DNA of 36,868 nucleotides from an uncultured Methanosarcinales archaeon. GTDB lineage: Archaea; Nanobdellota; Nanobdellia; Woesearchaeales; UBA525. Positions 34,080 to 36,868 of the stretch are shown in pieces. The DNA is taken from the NCBI GenBank assembly GCA_964505795.1, contig CAZDJS010000004.1:1-36868 (forward strand), in the 5' to 3' direction. Under the pieces are notes generated by a model. The model was not told where the DNA came from, did not search any database, and saw nothing but the letters and a program-made list of their open reading frames with translations. The position numbers and the translations under genes were made by a program. Each line of letters begins with the position of its first letter. The stretch's first letter is position 1.

Positions 34080-34154
34080 ACACTGGGGGTTTAGGGTGGT
34101 GAGGTGGTGGTAGACTGGATCAAGGATCCTGAATAAAAAAAAACCCCCAAGTGT
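34080..34154. other. G-rich (plus strand) / C-rich (minus strand) 75-nt hairpin element in a divergent intergenic region
   Basis: Stem acac-t-gggggttt / aaaccccc-aa-gtgt (12 bp plus an internal loop). It encloses agggtggtgaggtggtggtagactggatcaaggatcctgaataaaaaa. The element is a G/C-skewed island in AT-rich spacer. Confidence 0.6.
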
Positions 34155-34247
34155 ATTTACTAGTTAGTAGTAGTAATATATAAATGTTACTAATTTCTAT
34201 ATAGAAGATAAATAAACAAAGAGCATATAAACATAAAAGTAAGTACA

Positions 34248-34511
34248 ATGAAAAAAAATCAAGAGGAAAAAATGAAAAAAGATGTTATTGAAAAACTCGC
34301 AGCACTCGTCACAGCAGCATTTGGACTCGTTGCAGCACTTGCATGGAACGACGCAATAAAAGCATTATTTGTAGGACCTTGTGGAACAGAAGGAGCAGGA
34401 GCACTCTGTAGTTTGAGTGCGGGAGGACCTTGGATGTATGCACTAATTATCACAATCATTGCAGTGTTTGCTACGATTTGGATTGGAAAAGTTGCAGAAA
34501 GAGCAAAATAA
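34248..34511 (+). CDS. Small two-TM membrane protein (DUF5654-like)
   Basis: LVTAAFGLVAALAWNDAIKALF matches my recollection of the AFG...AWN signature of DUF5654. There is a Gly/Cys-rich insert, GPCGTEGAGALCSLSAGGPW. An alternative ATG lies at 34272. Confidence 0.5.
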   Translation: MKKNQEEKMKKDVIEKLAALVTAAFGLVAALAWNDAIKALFVGPCGTEGAGALCSLSAGGPWMYALIITIIAVFATIWIGKVAERAK

Positions 34512-34518
34512 ACTATTT

Positions 34519-35784
34519 TTATTTTATTTTCACATATTCTAAACGTAAATCGCCAGAAAGCTCAGAAGGGTCGCAAGTAATGTATTCTTGCGGACCGCGA
34601 GCAACAAGCAGCTTAAGAAGAAGATTTTCAATTTCTGTAGAGCCAAGACTTCGTTTGCTATTACCATCAACTACAAGCGTTCGATAACGCAAAGTGTCAG
34701 CAATATCAACGAGTGGTTTGAGAGGAAAAATTCCAGGAAACTCCATTTCATAATCATAACGATTCCCTAATTTGCGAACTGCGTGCAACGCAGCTTCTTG
34801 ATGTTTACAACGATAATCCTCATCTTGACCCCATTTCCTTGTTTTGCGCCTGTTCTTTTGAAAACGATAATCTTTACACTCACAAGAGCCTCGGAGCTCC
34901 CATTCTCGACCAATGGGTGCATTAGCAGGAATTTGTGTAAATTCTACGAAATACTGTGAACCATCAGAAGAAGGAACATGAAAGCTTTGATTGGTGTATG
35001 AGCCAAAAGGCCGAGCAGCTTCTTCAATCAAATCAGTAAAAGAAACATCGAATTTTGCCAAAACAGAATCCAAACCTCTACTTTCGACATGACTCGAATA
35101 ACGTTCTATTTTTTTCAAGCGTGCTTCGACTTCTTCATCAGAAAACGAAGCGAAACGACCCTTTCGTTTTTTTAAAGCGGAAGCTCGAGCATTGCGCAAA
35201 CGAAAAAAAGCAAGATCTTGAAAAGCTTTGAGTTCAGCACCTTGCAAGGAACGATACAACGACATCACACGACGTTGATTATTACCCACGCCCCACCAAC
35301 TAATACCAGCCAAATAGTTTCCAAATTCTTCTTTTTCATGCCGACGCTCAAACTCTGCAGGAATTACACGCGAGAATCGCCAATCAAGCTCTTCTTTTTT
35401 CTTCATCGAAAGTCTGTTATGCGCTTCGCCCAAAACATAACGGGAAAGATATCGAGAATCAAGTTTAATAAGAGAATTTTGCGAATACGCAATAATATCA
35501 TGCGCAATACCCCGAATTGAATATTCTGCGGGAAGAATAAGGAGTTGTTCAGGGCTTGCTGATTCAAGAGCATCAATTGTTGCATCATGTGTTGTTTTTT
35601 CGAATAATGAATCGATTGTTCCTTTTGCAGTTGCAGCACGCACACGTTCATTCTGAGCTGCTTTACGAAAAGATTCACCGCGTAATGGTTGACTGCTTAG
35701 TTCAGGAACTAAAGACCTTATTATCTCGTGAGCTTCAGGTCTTTGAAAATACTCAGACCGTTTTTTTCTAGAGTCAATGATCAT
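34519..35784 (-). CDS. SWIM zinc-finger domain protein (hypothetical)
   Basis: CxC-x22-CxH signature: SCECKDYRF...DYRCKHQEAALHAV (34801-34884). The remaining roughly 300 N-terminal aa are unrecognised. The start is 32 nt downstream of the Hel308 stop on the same strand. Confidence 0.6.
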   Translation of the reverse strand: MIIDSRKKRSEYFQRPEAHEIIRSLVPELSSQPLRGESFRKAAQNERVRAATAKGTIDSLFEKTTHDATIDALESASPEQLLILPAEYSIRGIAHDIIAYSQNSLIKLDSRYLSRYVLGEAHNRLSMKKKEELDWRFSRVIPAEFERRHEKEEFGNYLAGISWWGVGNNQRRVMSLYRSLQGAELKAFQDLAFFRLRNARASALKKRKGRFASFSDEEVEARLKKIERYSSHVESRGLDSVLAKFDVSFTDLIEEAARPFGSYTNQSFHVPSSDGSQYFVEFTQIPANAPIGREWELRGSCECKDYRFQKNRRKTRKWGQDEDYRCKHQEAALHAVRKLGNRYDYEMEFPGIFPLKPLVDIADTLRYRTLVVDGNSKRSLGSTEIENLLLKLLVARGPQEYITCDPSELSGDLRLEYVKIK

Positions 35785-35816
35785 ATGTAGAGAAATGCAA
35801 TTTTCTTTTTATGTCT

Positions 35817-36868
35817 TTACCAATCGTGAAGACTCTTTTGACCAACTCGTTTTCGTTTCGGAACCACGACATTTGATTTAATACCAACTTGTTCTTTGAG
35901 TTTTTTTGTCATTGCAGGACCGATGAGACCAGCGAGTTTAGCATCATCGACATTTTTGACGTCAGCAACAGACTTGACGGAGTTCGAGAATAATTTTCTT
36001 GCACGAACCTTACCAATACCTTTAAATCGCATGAGCGGCAGTAGTTCTTCACGAACACCATTCTTAAGACGAAGACGCATTTTAGCAAAAACGGGAGAAA
36101 AGCGTTTCATGTCAAGAAGTTTTGCAAGCTCCTCACAAGCGTACAACAACCAATCTCCAATTTCTGTTTTCATACGTAATTCGCCTGGACGAACAGCATA
36201 CTTTTCAAAAATAGTATCATCAGTTACTTCATCAATCCAATCAGCAAGAAACATTGTTGTTTTGATACTTGAAAGATATTCTTCGTATTCATAACTATAT
36301 TGTGTTGGTTCAGGAACAATAAGCTTGTCTTCGTTTTCAATAAGCCAAGACTCAATAACATCATATTCTTTTGCCTTAACTGAAAGCAACGGTCGCATCT
36401 CAAGAGTTGAAGTCAACAAATGCAACAAACCTTCATCAGGCAACCCCTTTGCATCTTTAAGATTCTTTATGAGAAAATTAGCAGTATAAGGATCAAGATA
36501 CAATTCTGCAACTCGTCTTCCAGCAGGAGTCGCCATGTACTTACTCGTGTTTTGCTCCATCAACGAAGCAGCACTCGCAAAATCTCCCTGTGGATTGTCA
36601 ATGTGAATAAACTCCCAATCTTTTAGTAAGGAAAGCATCTTATCGAGAAGACCATGTAATTGCGAAGTATCGGAGTATTGCTTAGCATAAAAAGTCTCAT
36701 CAAAAAAAGCATACATTGATTCTTGATCTTTTACAAATCCCGTTGCAATGAGTGAAAGTAAGTACGTTCGTAATACTGGCTCGACTGCGAGCTTACTATA
36801 AATCTCTTCAGGTTCACCTTCGATGTAACGCTCGCGCAACTCTTCAGCCTGCCCTATATCTTGAGCAA
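35817..36868 (-). CDS. hel308: Ski2-like DNA helicase Hel308/Hjm, C-terminal part (partial; continues beyond the right edge)
   Basis: Winged-helix/ratchet region plus the terminal helix-hairpin-helix domain (RFKGIGKVRARKLF...LIGPAMTKKL). The frame is open to the window end. Confidence 0.85.
   Translation of the reverse strand, partial: AQDIGQAEELRERYIEGEPEEIYSKLAVEPVLRTYLLSLIATGFVKDQESMYAFFDETFYAKQYSDTSQLHGLLDKMLSLLKDWEFIHIDNPQGDFASAASLMEQNTSKYMATPAGRRVAELYLDPYTANFLIKNLKDAKGLPDEGLLHLLTSTLEMRPLLSVKAKEYDVIESWLIENEDKLIVPEPTQYSYEYEEYLSSIKTTMFLADWIDEVTDDTIFEKYAVRPGELRMKTEIGDWLLYACEELAKLLDMKRFSPVFAKMRLRLKNGVREELLPLMRFKGIGKVRARKLFSNSVKSVADVKNVDDAKLAGLIGPAMTKKLKEQVGIKSNVVVPKRKRVGQKSLHDW

Overview
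This is an AT-rich, very gene-dense archaeal chromosomal window of about 45 CDS on both strands. Many gene pairs overlap by 1 or 4 nt (TAATG or ATGA junctions). The gene content and compactness suggest a small-genome, DPANN-like archaeon; this is inference only. Recognisable housekeeping genes are: TFS/RpoM, an archaeal Sec11-type signal peptidase plus a second S26-like paralog, an NMD3-like protein, an RsmC-like methyltransferase, archaeal-type AlaRS, an SDR, an MFS transporter, type-2 MetAP, ribosomal protein uS15 coupled to a RecJ/GAN-like DHH protein, two further DHH phosphoesterases, a minimal ThiF/E1-like protein, an Nre-like protein, NucS/EndoMS, an M50 site-2 protease, a pterin carbinolamine dehydratase, Dus, RNase HII, SMC, a CaCA Na+/Ca2+ exchanger, a GT4 + PIG-L pair, SRP54 and the C-terminal part of a Hel308-type helicase. 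One RNA gene is supported: a tRNA-Gly(UCC) that seems to carry two introns. I saw no rRNA, CRISPR array, transposase, integrase or reverse transcriptase. No single region is clearly a new multi-gene system. The best candidates for a second look are listed below.
- The poorly conserved block 33126-35816: a degenerate GlnD/DUF294-like nucleotidyltransferase, a G-rich hairpin element, a small membrane protein, and a SWIM zinc-finger protein directly downstream of Hel308.
- A GC-rich structured RNA-like element between a DHH gene and rps15.
- The two-intron tRNA, with a duplicated copy of its 3' end nearby.
- A pore-less voltage-sensor-domain protein.
- An RNase HII carrying an RNase HIII-type substrate-binding domain at its C-terminus.
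- A bacterial-type lytic transglycosylase.
- A translationally coupled ThiF-like/DHH pair.
All functional calls come from motif recognition by eye. None has been checked against a database.
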